Shown: piece after piece, positions 9,050 through 17,580 of the stretch
How positions within the stretch are numbered: position 1 is the stretch's first letter
Layout of the letters: the number at the start of each line of letters is the position of its first letter
Virus record (IMG/VR): IMGVR_UViG_3300021060_000007
Coordinates: 3,647-67,646 of that record
Reading direction: 5' to 3' (one strand)
Source of the DNA: a virus
Taxonomy: Duplodnaviria > Caudoviricetes
DNA length: 64,000 nucleotides
Program-made: the position numbers and the translations under genes
Notes under the pieces: generated by a model
Told to the model about the DNA's origin: nothing
Seen by the model: only the letters and a program-made list of their open reading frames with translations
Database searches by the model: none

Positions 9050-9127
9050 ACGGTAGGATAACCGCGCCCCCGACGGGGGAGGAGCGGTAAGAAGGCCGTT
9101 GACTTTTGCGGTATTACTACCGATGTT
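9050..9127. promoter_or_regulatory. OR region: three operators, PR (TTGACT 9099-9104, GATGTT 9122-9127) and PRM-like -10 TATCCT (minus, 9055-9060)
   Basis: ACGGTA-GGAT-AACCGC (9050-9065), GCGGTA-AGAA-GGCCGT (9084-9099), GCGGTA-TTAC-TACCGA (9108-9123). Confidence 0.8.
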
Positions 9128-9153
9128 GGGCTCGATAGATCATTCGGGCTCCC

Positions 9154-9432
9154 ATGACCGGCAGAGAACGCATCCTCCAACTGGCGGCACTCTACGGCGC
9201 CGCGCTCAAGATCGAGCGCACGACGGTGAGCTGGCGGCTGTTCCAGGACACGAACAAGCTCGACGCGATCGCGGCCGGTAGGGACCTGTACCTCGGTCGA
9301 TACGAACGCGCGATGCGGTTCTTTGCAGAGCATTGGCCTGATGCCTTGGTCGATTGGCCCGAAGGCATTGAACGACAGACATTTGCGCCCCTCGCCACCG
9401 CCCCCGCGGCGATCGAAGCGAGCGTCGCCTAA
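9154..9432 (+). CDS. Cro-like protein
   Basis: Divergent from cI; small HTH-like protein (TTVSWRLFQDTNKLDAI). Confidence 0.8.
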   Translation: MTGRERILQLAALYGAALKIERTTVSWRLFQDTNKLDAIAAGRDLYLGRYERAMRFFAEHWPDALVDWPEGIERQTFAPLATAPAAIEASVA

Positions 9433-9632
9433 TGACCCCCGCCCGCCACACCGCCCTCGGCCTCGAGCGCGACGGCAAGCGGGTCGCCTTGATCGGCGGT
9501 CACCGCGACGGCGTGCACGTTCGCGTTGATGCCGGTCCATACACCGAAGCCGACGTCGAGCACCTCATCGCCCTGCTCACCGAGCAGCTGACGAACCGGC
9601 GCCTCGCTGCGGCGGAGGGGGGTGCCGCATGA
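9432..9632 (+). CDS. Phage hypothetical protein
   Basis: TAATG coupling to cro. Confidence 0.6.
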   Translation: MTPARHTALGLERDGKRVALIGGHRDGVHVRVDAGPYTEADVEHLIALLTEQLTNRRLAAAEGGAA

Positions 9633-9727
9633 CCAGCGACCGCTCCCCGATGCACGGCATCATCCTCGGCGTGCCGATGGGCGTCCTGCTGTGGATCGCC
9701 CTCTTCAAGTTTCTGGGCGTGCTGTGA
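9629..9727 (+). CDS. Small single-TM peptide (32 aa)
   Basis: MTSDRSPMHGIILGVPMGVLLWIALFKFLGVL; ATGA/TGATG coupling. Confidence 0.5.
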   Translation: MTSDRSPMHGIILGVPMGVLLWIALFKFLGVL

Positions 9728-9875
9728 TGCGCGCCCTCCCGTCCTTCGCCCGGCCGACCCTGTTCTGCGTCTTCCGGTCGGGCGTCGTCTGTCTGCGTGA
9801 TCAGTCTGTGCTTGGCGGCTGGTCTGATCGCGCTCGTGTGCCTGCGTATCCCTTCACTGCGAATGGGCGCCGCTG

Positions 9876-10304
9876 ATGTCTGCTGCCTCCTTCACTCCCA
9901 ACTTCCTGGCGCCCCCGATGTGCAAAACATCGGGGAAAACCATGGGAAAGACTGGACACGCCCGGCGAAAGGTTGGGCCGGTTGATGGCCGAACATTAGC
10001 GGAACGCGTTGGCGCGTTTCTGCGCGATCAACACCCGCTGAAGACCGCCCTCTGCGTCGAGGCCGAGACCAACATACCGGCCAACACGGTCCGGAAGTGG
10101 CTCGAGCAGGGCAACGCCCCAAACGGGCCAGCCTATGACGCCTTGGTTCAGCGATACGGCGCCGCCTTCCTCTGTCGCGTCCATCCGGACCGCGCCGACG
10201 CATGGTTCGTCGAGGTCGCTCGGCAGCAGGAGCAGGAGCGCCTCGAGCGCGCGGCTGCAGCCATCCGTCAGCAGCTCGCCGATGTCCTCGGAGGCCGCGC
10301 ATGA
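9876..10304 (+). CDS. HTH protein (CII-like position)
   Basis: IPANTVRKWLEQGNAP HTH; true start may be further downstream. Confidence 0.65.
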   Translation: MSAASFTPNFLAPPMCKTSGKTMGKTGHARRKVGPVDGRTLAERVGAFLRDQHPLKTALCVEAETNIPANTVRKWLEQGNAPNGPAYDALVQRYGAAFLCRVHPDRADAWFVEVARQQEQERLERAAAAIRQQLADVLGGRA

Positions 10305-10495
10305 TCTGGCACCTCGCCGCCCGTGTCGCTGCCTCGGCCCTTCGTGGGCTCGCCATCACGCTGCTCTTCGTCGGCTCCTGGGCGACGCCAATCCTGCTGA
10401 TCGCTCGCCGCTGCGAGGACGCCGCCCGCGAGTGGAACCCCCGCCTCTGGGACCGCAACGGCGATCCCCGCGCCGACAACGAGGAGCGCCCGTGA
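10301..10495 (+). CDS. Hypothetical membrane protein
   Basis: ATGA coupling; hydrophobic N-terminus. Confidence 0.5.
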   Translation: MIWHLAARVAASALRGLAITLLFVGSWATPILLIARRCEDAAREWNPRLWDRNGDPRADNEERP

Positions 10496-10731
10496 AACGC
10501 ATCACCCCCACGGATCTCGAGAAGATGCACGCCTATCGGCGGCGCGGCTTCACCTTCGAGCGGATCGGCCATTTCCTAGGCTGGTCCAGGTCTGCAGTCG
10601 CGCGGCGTCTGAAGGGTGTTTCCGTGCCTCCCGAGCGGAGGGCGGGCTACCCGTCGATGAAGTCCCGTGTGCTGCGGCAGCAGGCGCTGTTTGATGCCTG
10701 CAACCGGGCGATCGCCGAGGTGCGCGCATGA
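10492..10731 (+). CDS. Small HTH protein
   Basis: GFTFERIGHFLGWSRSAVARRL. Confidence 0.65.
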   Translation: MKRITPTDLEKMHAYRRRGFTFERIGHFLGWSRSAVARRLKGVSVPPERRAGYPSMKSRVLRQQALFDACNRAIAEVRA

Positions 10732-11087
10732 CCCGCGAGCGCCTGCCTAATCGCCGCGGCTCGACCACGTTCGAGTTCGCCCATGGCGGCATCGCCTACG
10801 TCGCGAGCTACTCGCTCTACGACGACGGCCGGTTGGCCGAGCTGTTCGTCAACGGGCTCAAGCTCAACACCGGATCCGACATTCTCGCCGCCGACGGCGC
10901 CAAGGCCGCCTCGCTCGCCCTGCAGCACGGCTGCCCGGTTGATGCCCTGCGCGCCACGCTGACTCGCACCGAGATTGGCGGCCCGGCCGGGCCCCTCGCG
11001 GTCGCCCTCGACATCATCGCCGCTGACATGCCGGCCGCCGTCGTGGCGCCGGCCGATGGTCCGCGCGTCCCCCGCTTCCCCGGCTGA
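10728..11087 (+). CDS. Stand-alone TSCPD-type domain (class II ribonucleotide reductase C-terminal-like)
   Basis: RERLPNRRGSTTFEF, GRLAELFV, ASLALQHGCP. Confidence 0.75.
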   Translation: MTRERLPNRRGSTTFEFAHGGIAYVASYSLYDDGRLAELFVNGLKLNTGSDILAADGAKAASLALQHGCPVDALRATLTRTEIGGPAGPLAVALDIIAADMPAAVVAPADGPRVPRFPG

Positions 11088-11126
11088 CCAGCCCGCCCAC
11101 GCGGGGCGTCCCCGCGCAATCTGGAG

Positions 11127-11549
11127 ATGACCATGGCCGAGAAGCTGAAGAAGTCCGGGCCGAAGGCGGCCGGCATTCACCCCGAGGTGCTCAAGTCGCT
11201 GATCTCGAAGTGCGACGGCATGAAAGCCGACATGGACGAGGCCCGGGGCGAGCTCGGTGCCGCGATCAAGGATGCCGAAGAGACCCACGGTGTCCATCGC
11301 AAGGCGTTCAAGCAGGTGCTCGCCCTGAAGCGGATGGAATCGGCTGCCCGCAGCGACTTCCTCCGCGCCTTCGACGACTACCGCGAGAAGCTCGACCTCA
11401 ACGACCAGCCCGACATGTTCGACGAGGGCGACGAGCAATCCCGGCGCGACGCGCAATCGGCGAAGGCGGCCGAAGATGCGGCCATCGTCGAGAAGAACGC
11501 CGCAGCCTTGAAGGGCGGCATCAAGCAGCTCGACCCGGCGGTGCACTGA
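11127..11549 (+). CDS. GapR/DUF2312-like nucleoid-associated protein
   Basis: LKSLISK.....D.....G..KAFKQVLALKRM......F...D.Y...L pattern. Confidence 0.65.
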   Translation: MTMAEKLKKSGPKAAGIHPEVLKSLISKCDGMKADMDEARGELGAAIKDAEETHGVHRKAFKQVLALKRMESAARSDFLRAFDDYREKLDLNDQPDMFDEGDEQSRRDAQSAKAAEDAAIVEKNAAALKGGIKQLDPAVH

Positions 11550-11552
11550 GCC

Positions 11553-12071
11553 ATGGCGCTGCCGAAGATCCTCACCCTCGACCTCGCCACGCGCACCGGC
11601 TGGTGCGTCGGCGCCCCCGACGAGGCCCCGCGGTACGGCACGAAGACCTTGCCCTCCACGGGCGAGGATATCGGCCGCTTCGCCGCTGCCTACAACGAAT
11701 GGCTCCTCGACATGATCACGCTGGAGAACCCGGCGCTGATCGTGTTCGAGGCGCCGATCCTGGCCGGCAAGACCAACCTCACCACGGCGCGAAAGCTGAC
11801 CGGGTTGGCTTGGCACACCGAGTTCGTCGGCAACCTCCGGCAGGTCCAGGTGCGCGAGCATCACCTGCAGTCGGTCAAGAAGTTCTTCACCGGCAGCGGC
11901 CGGGCCGACAAGGCCGAGATGATCGCCGCCGCGCGGCGCCTTGGCTTCGATCCGAAGGACGACAACGCGGCCGACGCCATCGCCCTCTGGTGCTGCACGG
12001 TGCACGAGCGGGCTCCCCAACACGCCGCCCGGTTCAAGCTCGGCGCCCTCGGAACGGTGAGGGCGGCATGA
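11553..12071 (+). CDS. RuvC-like Holliday junction resolvase
   Basis: ILTLDLATRTGW, IVFEAP, KKFFTGSGRADKAEM, DDNAADAIAL. Confidence 0.85.
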   Translation: MALPKILTLDLATRTGWCVGAPDEAPRYGTKTLPSTGEDIGRFAAAYNEWLLDMITLENPALIVFEAPILAGKTNLTTARKLTGLAWHTEFVGNLRQVQVREHHLQSVKKFFTGSGRADKAEMIAAARRLGFDPKDDNAADAIALWCCTVHERAPQHAARFKLGALGTVRAA

Positions 12072-12304
12072 GCACCCTCGCCGATCACCCCGCCTTCGAT
12101 CCGGCCCGCCCGCGCGAGCGCCAGCGCGACAGCCTGAACGACATCCGCGCCGTACTCCCGCTCGGGGCCGATACAGCGTGCCGCGTGGTCTGGCGCGCCA
12201 TGCAGGACCCGGCTGCGGTGCCGGAAGCCCGGCGCACGCTCCTGGCGCTGCCCGCCGCGGTTCAGGCGCATGTGAACTCGATGTCGAGGGCGATCGCGCG
12301 ATGA
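12068..12304 (+). CDS. Phage hypothetical protein
   Basis: ATGA coupling on both sides. Confidence 0.55.
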   Translation: MSTLADHPAFDPARPRERQRDSLNDIRAVLPLGADTACRVVWRAMQDPAAVPEARRTLLALPAAVQAHVNSMSRAIAR

Positions 12305-12870
12305 CGTGGCCCTTCGGCACCCTCTCACCCTTCGGCTTCGACCTGATCATGGTCGACCCGCCATGGGCCTTTGCCCTGCGTTCCGACAAAGGCGAGGCTA
12401 AGAGCGCGCAGGCTCAGTACGCCTGCATGCCCCTTGATGCGATCAAGGCCCTGCCGGTGGCGCAGCTGGCGCGCGGCGACGCCTTCCTCTGGCTCTGGGC
12501 CACCAACCCGATGCTGCCGCAGGCGCTTGAGGTGATGGCCGCCTGGGGCTTCACGTTCACCACCGCCGGCACCTGGGTGAAGACCACCTCCGGCGGCAAG
12601 CTCGCCTTCGGCACCGGGTACGTCCTGCGCTCGGCCTCCGAGCCTTTCCTGATCGGCAAGTTCGGCCGGCCCCGGGCCGGGCGCTCTGTGCGCAGCGTGA
12701 TCATGGCGCCGGTCCGCGAACACAGCCGCAAGCCCGACGAGGCCTACGCCGCCGCCGAGGCCCTGATGCCGGGCGCGATGCGCCGGGCCGACCTCTTCAG
12801 CCGCGAGTCCCGCGCCGGGTGGTCCTCCTGGGGCCATGAGGCCGGCCGCTTCGATGGGATTGCAGCATGA
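12301..12870 (+). CDS. MT-A70 family N6-adenine methyltransferase
   Basis: IMVDPPW, LWLWATNPML, SEPFLIG, REHSRKPDE, DLFSRE. Confidence 0.9.
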   Translation: MTWPFGTLSPFGFDLIMVDPPWAFALRSDKGEAKSAQAQYACMPLDAIKALPVAQLARGDAFLWLWATNPMLPQALEVMAAWGFTFTTAGTWVKTTSGGKLAFGTGYVLRSASEPFLIGKFGRPRAGRSVRSVIMAPVREHSRKPDEAYAAAEALMPGAMRRADLFSRESRAGWSSWGHEAGRFDGIAA

Positions 12871-14324
12871 CCGGCCGCAACGTCGTCCCCTTCGCTGCCC
12901 ACCATCAGGGCGAGGTTCTTGAGCCGCCGCAGAACATCGACGCCGAGCAGGCGCTGCTGGGCGCGATCCTCATCGACAACGAAGCGTTCTACCGCGTCTC
13001 GGATTTCCTCCTGGCCGAGCATTTCGCCGAGGAGATCCACCGCAAGACCTTCGAGGTGACCGCCCAGCTCATCAAGGCGGGCAAGGTCGCCACGCCGATC
13101 ACACTCAAGACCTACCTCGGCGACGCCGATCTCGGCGGCCAGACGGTGAGCCAATATCTCGCGCGCCTCGCGGCCGAGGCCACCACCGTCGTGAACGCTG
13201 GCGACTACGGCCGCACGGTCCACGACCTCGCCATCCGCCGCAGCCTCCTCGCGATCTCCAACGGCATCGCCGAACTCGCCCGGGACGCTCCGGTCGAGGC
13301 CAGCGCGATCACCCAGATCGAGCGCGCCCAGGAGAAGCTGCAGGATCTGCATCTCGCCCTGCCGTCCTCACACCTTGCCGGCATGACCGCGGGCGAAGGC
13401 GGCGCTTGGCTGATCGATCGAATCCACCAGCTGCGGGCCGGTCTGCTCCAGAGCACCGCGGTGTCGACGGGGATTCCCGACCTCGACAAGGCCACCAGCG
13501 GCGGCTTCGGCCGCGGGCAGCTGTGGCTGATGGCCGGGCGGCCCGGCATGGGCAAGACGGTGGTGATGTCGTCGCTCTCGCGGCGCGCGGCCAAGCACGC
13601 CGGGGTGCTCGTCTTCCAGCTGGAGGTCACACGCGACCAGCAGTTCGCCCGGTACATGGCGGACCTTTGCTACGTCGCCAACCGGCCCCTGAGCTTCGGC
13701 CAGATCATGGAAGGCGTCGGCCTCGACGAGGAGGACCTGTGGCGCCTGCAGGATGCCCAGAAGCGCCTCGACGTCCTACACCTGAAGGTCGAGTGCGAGC
13801 CGAGCATCACGCTGGCCCAGATCGTGTTCGCCGTGAAGGCCGAAAAGAAGCGCCTCGCCAAGCAGGGCGTGAAGCTCGGAGTGGTGTTCCTCGACTACCT
13901 GAAATTCATCAAGGCCGGCGACCGCTACAAGGGCAACCGCGTCCTCGAGATCGGTGAGATCAGCGGCGCCCTGAAGTCGCTCGCGAAGTCCGAGGACATC
14001 TGCGTCGTCCTCCTCGCGCAGCTCAACCGCGGGGTCGAGGCCCAGGGCCGCGAGGACAAGCGGCCGACCATGGCCGACCTCCGGGACTCGGGCGAGCTTG
14101 AGCAGGACGCCGACGTCGTCGTGCTCCTCTACCGGGACGCCTACTACCTCCAGAAGTCCGCCAAGGCGAAGAACGACCCCGAGTTTATCGACCGGCTCAT
14201 CGAGCGCCAGAACGCGCTGGAGCTGATCCTCGGGAAGAACCGCGCAGGCCCGACCCCCACCCTCGATCTGTGGTGCGACGTGGCCGCCTCATCCATCGCT
14301 CAACAGGCAAGGGGGCCGGTCTGA
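12867..14324 (+). CDS. dnaB: Replicative DNA helicase, DnaB family
   Basis: PPQNIDAEQALLG, AGRPGMGKT Walker A, VFLDYL, LAQLNR, DLRDSGELEQDAD, KNRAG. Confidence 0.95.
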   Translation: MTGRNVVPFAAHHQGEVLEPPQNIDAEQALLGAILIDNEAFYRVSDFLLAEHFAEEIHRKTFEVTAQLIKAGKVATPITLKTYLGDADLGGQTVSQYLARLAAEATTVVNAGDYGRTVHDLAIRRSLLAISNGIAELARDAPVEASAITQIERAQEKLQDLHLALPSSHLAGMTAGEGGAWLIDRIHQLRAGLLQSTAVSTGIPDLDKATSGGFGRGQLWLMAGRPGMGKTVVMSSLSRRAAKHAGVLVFQLEVTRDQQFARYMADLCYVANRPLSFGQIMEGVGLDEEDLWRLQDAQKRLDVLHLKVECEPSITLAQIVFAVKAEKKRLAKQGVKLGVVFLDYLKFIKAGDRYKGNRVLEIGEISGALKSLAKSEDICVVLLAQLNRGVEAQGREDKRPTMADLRDSGELEQDADVVVLLYRDAYYLQKSAKAKNDPEFIDRLIERQNALELILGKNRAGPTPTLDLWCDVAASSIAQQARGPV

Positions 14325-15289
14325 TGGCTCGCATCCGCACGATCAAACCCGAGTTTTGGACGTCCGAACAGGTCATGGACTGTTCGACGAATGCTCGTCT
14401 CCTGTTCATCGGCCTCTGGAATTTCTGCGACGACGCCGGCCGGATGGCCGCAAGCATAAAGCGAATCAAGGCGAGCATATTCCCGTCTGACGATTTTCAC
14501 TCCGACGACGTTCGCCGAATGATCGACGAATTGTCGACGAATGGGCTCGTCCACCTGTATGCCGTTGATGGCATTGAGTATTTGGTCGTCACGGGGTGGC
14601 GTCATCAGAAGATCGACAAGCCCCAAGCGTCCAAATTACCCCCGCCGCCCGACCCCAACTCGCCGAATGGTCGTCGAACGTTCGGCGTAGGAAGGGAAGG
14701 GAATGGAGAGGAAGGGAAGGGAAGGGAAAGGAAGAATCCTTCCGCAGCCGCAGAACCTCACCCCACGCTTCAGGCGGCCCAAATCGCCAGCGAGCCCGAC
14801 CCCAAGACCGCCAAGGCTGCTGCTGCGCCTGCTCAGAGTTGGCAGACTCGGGAGAACTTCGACCGGATCGAGGCTCGCTGCATCGCCGCCCTCGAGAAGC
14901 ATGCCCCAGTCGACGCCGTGATCGGGCCGATGGTGTTTCTGGTCGAACGCGACGGCTACGACCTCGAAAACGAGGTAGTGCCCGCCCTGCTCGACCTCTC
15001 GGCAGGCCGCCAGAAGCCGATCAAGACTTGGTCGCTGTGGGCCAGGATCGTCCGGGAGCGGGTCGACGAGCAGCGCGGGTTGCGGGCCATGCGGGGTCTA
15101 CCCGAGGTGCCAGCCGCCACCGGCGAGATGCACGACATGGGGCCATTCGGGGTCGTCGCCGACACCGTCCTGCGCAAGGCGATCGGCCACTACCGCGACG
15201 CCGGGAAGTGGTTCGCCGACATCTTCGGGCCCGCCCCAGGCCAGCCCGGATGCCGGGTCCCCGCGAAGCTGCTGCTGGAGGCCGCGTGA
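14324..15289 (+). CDS. Phage replication initiator
   Basis: MARIRTIKPEFW..ARLLFIGLWNFCDDAGR, W.HQKIDKP family signature. Confidence 0.85.
   Translation: MARIRTIKPEFWTSEQVMDCSTNARLLFIGLWNFCDDAGRMAASIKRIKASIFPSDDFHSDDVRRMIDELSTNGLVHLYAVDGIEYLVVTGWRHQKIDKPQASKLPPPPDPNSPNGRRTFGVGREGNGEEGKGRERKNPSAAAEPHPTLQAAQIASEPDPKTAKAAAAPAQSWQTRENFDRIEARCIAALEKHAPVDAVIGPMVFLVERDGYDLENEVVPALLDLSAGRQKPIKTWSLWARIVRERVDEQRGLRAMRGLPEVPAATGEMHDMGPFGVVADTVLRKAIGHYRDAGKWFADIFGPAPGQPGCRVPAKLLLEAA
14383..14733 (+). repeat. Putative origin: six TCG(A/C/T)CGAA(T/C) repeats plus a purine-rich GGAAG tract within the initiator gene
   Basis: Copies at ~14383, 14511, 14522, 14533, 14659, 14670; GGAAGGGAAGGGAA tract at 14690-14733. 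Confidence 0.5.
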
Positions 15290-16047
15290 TGGCGAAACGA
15301 AACCCCAAGCCCAGCGCCGGCCGGGCGCTGTGGGAGCGCCAACGGGACGCGATTCGTGCGGCGAAGGCAGCCCAAGCGCCCACCGCAACCGCATCGGAAA
15401 ATCGGGCCAATCTGACAACCACGTTAATTTCCGAGCCCACGATCGTGGCGGCAAAAATTAACATCGCGCCCGCCGTTGAAGCGCCGAAGCCTACCCGGCG
15501 CGGCCGGTGGGTTCCTACGAGGGCCAAGATCCAGGCCGGCGTGGAGATGGCGGCTGAGGCCGAGCGCGCGTTTCAGGCAGCGAAGGCGGGACAACTCCGG
15601 GACGAGCAACGCCGCGCAGAACCCGCCGAAAGCCGCCACGGACCAACGTCGGCGCCGGAATCAGCCATCCAAGCGCCGCCCGCGCCCCGGTTCACGTTCC
15701 CGCCGCCGGCCGAGCCCGCACCGGCCCCGCCGGAGCCCGCCGCCGGCATGTACCGGATCGACCAGCTTCGGTTCGGCCAGTGCCGGTTCGCGTGCACACC
15801 GTTCGAGGCCCGGTCGCACCGGTTCTGCGGCCAGCCGACCGAGATCGGGCCGGGCAACCTGCATGGGTCGTGGTGTGCCGATCACCTGCCGATGGTGACC
15901 TGCGCGCCGGGGCGGAACGCTGGCGGCTCTTCGAAAGCGGACGTGGCGAAGGGTGCCGGGCCGGACCGGGTGTTCACGCCCAACCGGCAGGGCGCATGGC
16001 GCGGATTCGGCGTGGCACGGCATCGGGATCTGGGGGGTGAGGCATGA
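15289..16047 (+). CDS. Protein with C-terminal GcrA-like Cys/His domain
   Basis: IDQLRFGQCRF......FCGQP......SWCADH matches the GcrA C-terminal pattern. Confidence 0.7.
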   Translation: MAKRNPKPSAGRALWERQRDAIRAAKAAQAPTATASENRANLTTTLISEPTIVAAKINIAPAVEAPKPTRRGRWVPTRAKIQAGVEMAAEAERAFQAAKAGQLRDEQRRAEPAESRHGPTSAPESAIQAPPAPRFTFPPPAEPAPAPPEPAAGMYRIDQLRFGQCRFACTPFEARSHRFCGQPTEIGPGNLHGSWCADHLPMVTCAPGRNAGGSSKADVAKGAGPDRVFTPNRQGAWRGFGVARHRDLGGEA

Positions 16048-16262
16048 ACCGGAAATCACACCCGAGCGGTCGGCCGATCCATCGCCCGGAACGCCGCGGG
16101 TACAGCATGGCCGCACAGCCCACGATCGGCTTTCGTTGCCCGCGCCTGAACCCGCAGCACATCGAGCAGGCCACGGATTCGCACTCCATCGGCTTCGTCG
16201 ACTGGCGTGTGCACGAGAGCATTCGCGAACTGGAACTGCGGAATCGTGGGGGCAAGGCATGA
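16044..16262 (+). CDS. Phage hypothetical protein
   Basis: ATGA coupling. Confidence 0.5.
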   Translation: MNRKSHPSGRPIHRPERRGYSMAAQPTIGFRCPRLNPQHIEQATDSHSIGFVDWRVHESIRELELRNRGGKA

Positions 16263-16819
16263 GCAAGCGCGGCACGAACGGCACCCACATGCGCTTCGAA
16301 GACCGGCGCACCATTGACCCGAATCGGACGTGGTTCGTCCTGCAGTCGGCGCCCATGTCGGAGGCCAAGGCCGAGGCGGAGCTTCGCGATGACGGCTGCG
16401 ACGTGTGGGTCCCGCGATTTCACGCCATCACGATCCGCCGGAAGCGGAAGGTCGAAGTCGTGACGGAGTTCTTCCCGCGCTACCTGTTCGCTGGCCTCAC
16501 GCACCGGTCCGAGGCCGGGCGCATGTTCCGATGCGACCACGTCACCGACGTGCTGGGGGCCGATGCTCCGCTGGCCATCCCAGCGGCCGTGTTGCAGGTC
16601 CTGGCCGATCGGATGACCGGCAACGTCCGGTCCGATCGCCTGGCCGCTGCCGCCGCGTTCCGGGTCGGCGAGCTCCGCCCCGTGACCCAGGGGCCGTTCG
16701 CCTCGTTCATGGCCGAGATCACGGAGCTGCTCGCCAACGGGCGGATCATGGGCGACGTACAGATCTTCGGGCGGGCTACGCCGGTCGAGTTTGATCCGGC
16801 CTACCTCGGTGCAGCTTAG
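16259..16819 (+). CDS. NusG-paralog antiterminator (NGN plus KOW)
   Basis: WFVLQS..SE.KA, FFPRYLF, FRVGE...VTQGPFASF.AEI, V.IFGRATPVE. Confidence 0.9.
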   Translation: MSKRGTNGTHMRFEDRRTIDPNRTWFVLQSAPMSEAKAEAELRDDGCDVWVPRFHAITIRRKRKVEVVTEFFPRYLFAGLTHRSEAGRMFRCDHVTDVLGADAPLAIPAAVLQVLADRMTGNVRSDRLAAAAAFRVGELRPVTQGPFASFMAEITELLANGRIMGDVQIFGRATPVEFDPAYLGAA

Positions 16820-17049
16820 TAGAAAGGTCGGAGCCGCAGCTGTTCAAAGCACAGCAGCTTTTCCTCGGTATAATGCCGTGCAGGCTCGCCGCAGAATTTT
16901 ACCGAATAGATCTGCTCGTCCTCATGCTGCCAGGTAGTTGCGCGCAAACAATTGAGAATTCGGCGAACCTGATCACGATCATCAGCCTCCTCGGTTTGCG
17001 TCGTCCGCCAATCGCTCCGGTTCTTCATTTTTACGATGTGCACAGGCAT
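16816..17049 (-). CDS. Small hypothetical protein (AT-rich moron)
   Basis: 77-aa ORF antisense to the flanking operons. Confidence 0.45.
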   Translation of the reverse strand: MPVHIVKMKNRSDWRTTQTEEADDRDQVRRILNCLRATTWQHEDEQIYSVKFCGEPARHYTEEKLLCFEQLRLRPFY

Positions 17050-17220
17050 GCGCTTGACTCGTCGAATCGGTTCTGAATCTATGCGGTCCGTGGACGGCCT
17101 GATGTGAGCAGCTCCCTTGAGGAAGCGCCTGCGGGAACACCCGGGTCACGCGGCAGGCCAACCCCGAAGGGATCGCCTGACCGCCAGTTCCGAAGGATTC
17201 TTAAATTTCAGCTGGATCGC

Positions 17221-17451
17221 CTACTCCGCTGGGAATGCGGGCAGGATGGGGTTCTGCAGGATTTCGCGACTAGATTTGGCCCACCCCAGGTCGTTCCCCT
17301 CAATCAGCTTCAGCGCCCCTTGGACCACGTCGTGAGCATCCGCTTTCGACAGCACGCCCTTCTCGACGAGCTTCTGCATGAGGCTGATTGTGAGGAGGGT
17401 GCCGGCGTTTCCGGTGACACCCGGATTTGGGTTTTGAACGTGCTGAAACAT
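17221..17451 (-). CDS. Small hypothetical protein (moron)
   Basis: MFQHVQNPNPG...; 76 aa. Confidence 0.5.
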   Translation of the reverse strand: MFQHVQNPNPGVTGNAGTLLTISLMQKLVEKGVLSKADAHDVVQGALKLIEGNDLGWAKSSREILQNPILPAFPAE

Positions 17452-17580
17452 TTGCGCTCTCGCGAGTCGGTGGCGACGGCCTGAGCCTATAGGCCCGGTC
17501 ACAACCGGCAAGCGCACAGCCCCAACTTGCCCGTTGTCCACCGCCGCACCCCGGCGGGCTTTGTCATGCGAGGCTTCCTC

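Noticed and set aside
8272-9540. 422-aa repressor as given in the ORF track
   Set aside because: The N-terminal extension overlaps cro and the operators; ATG 9048 fits the HTH start and PRM geometry
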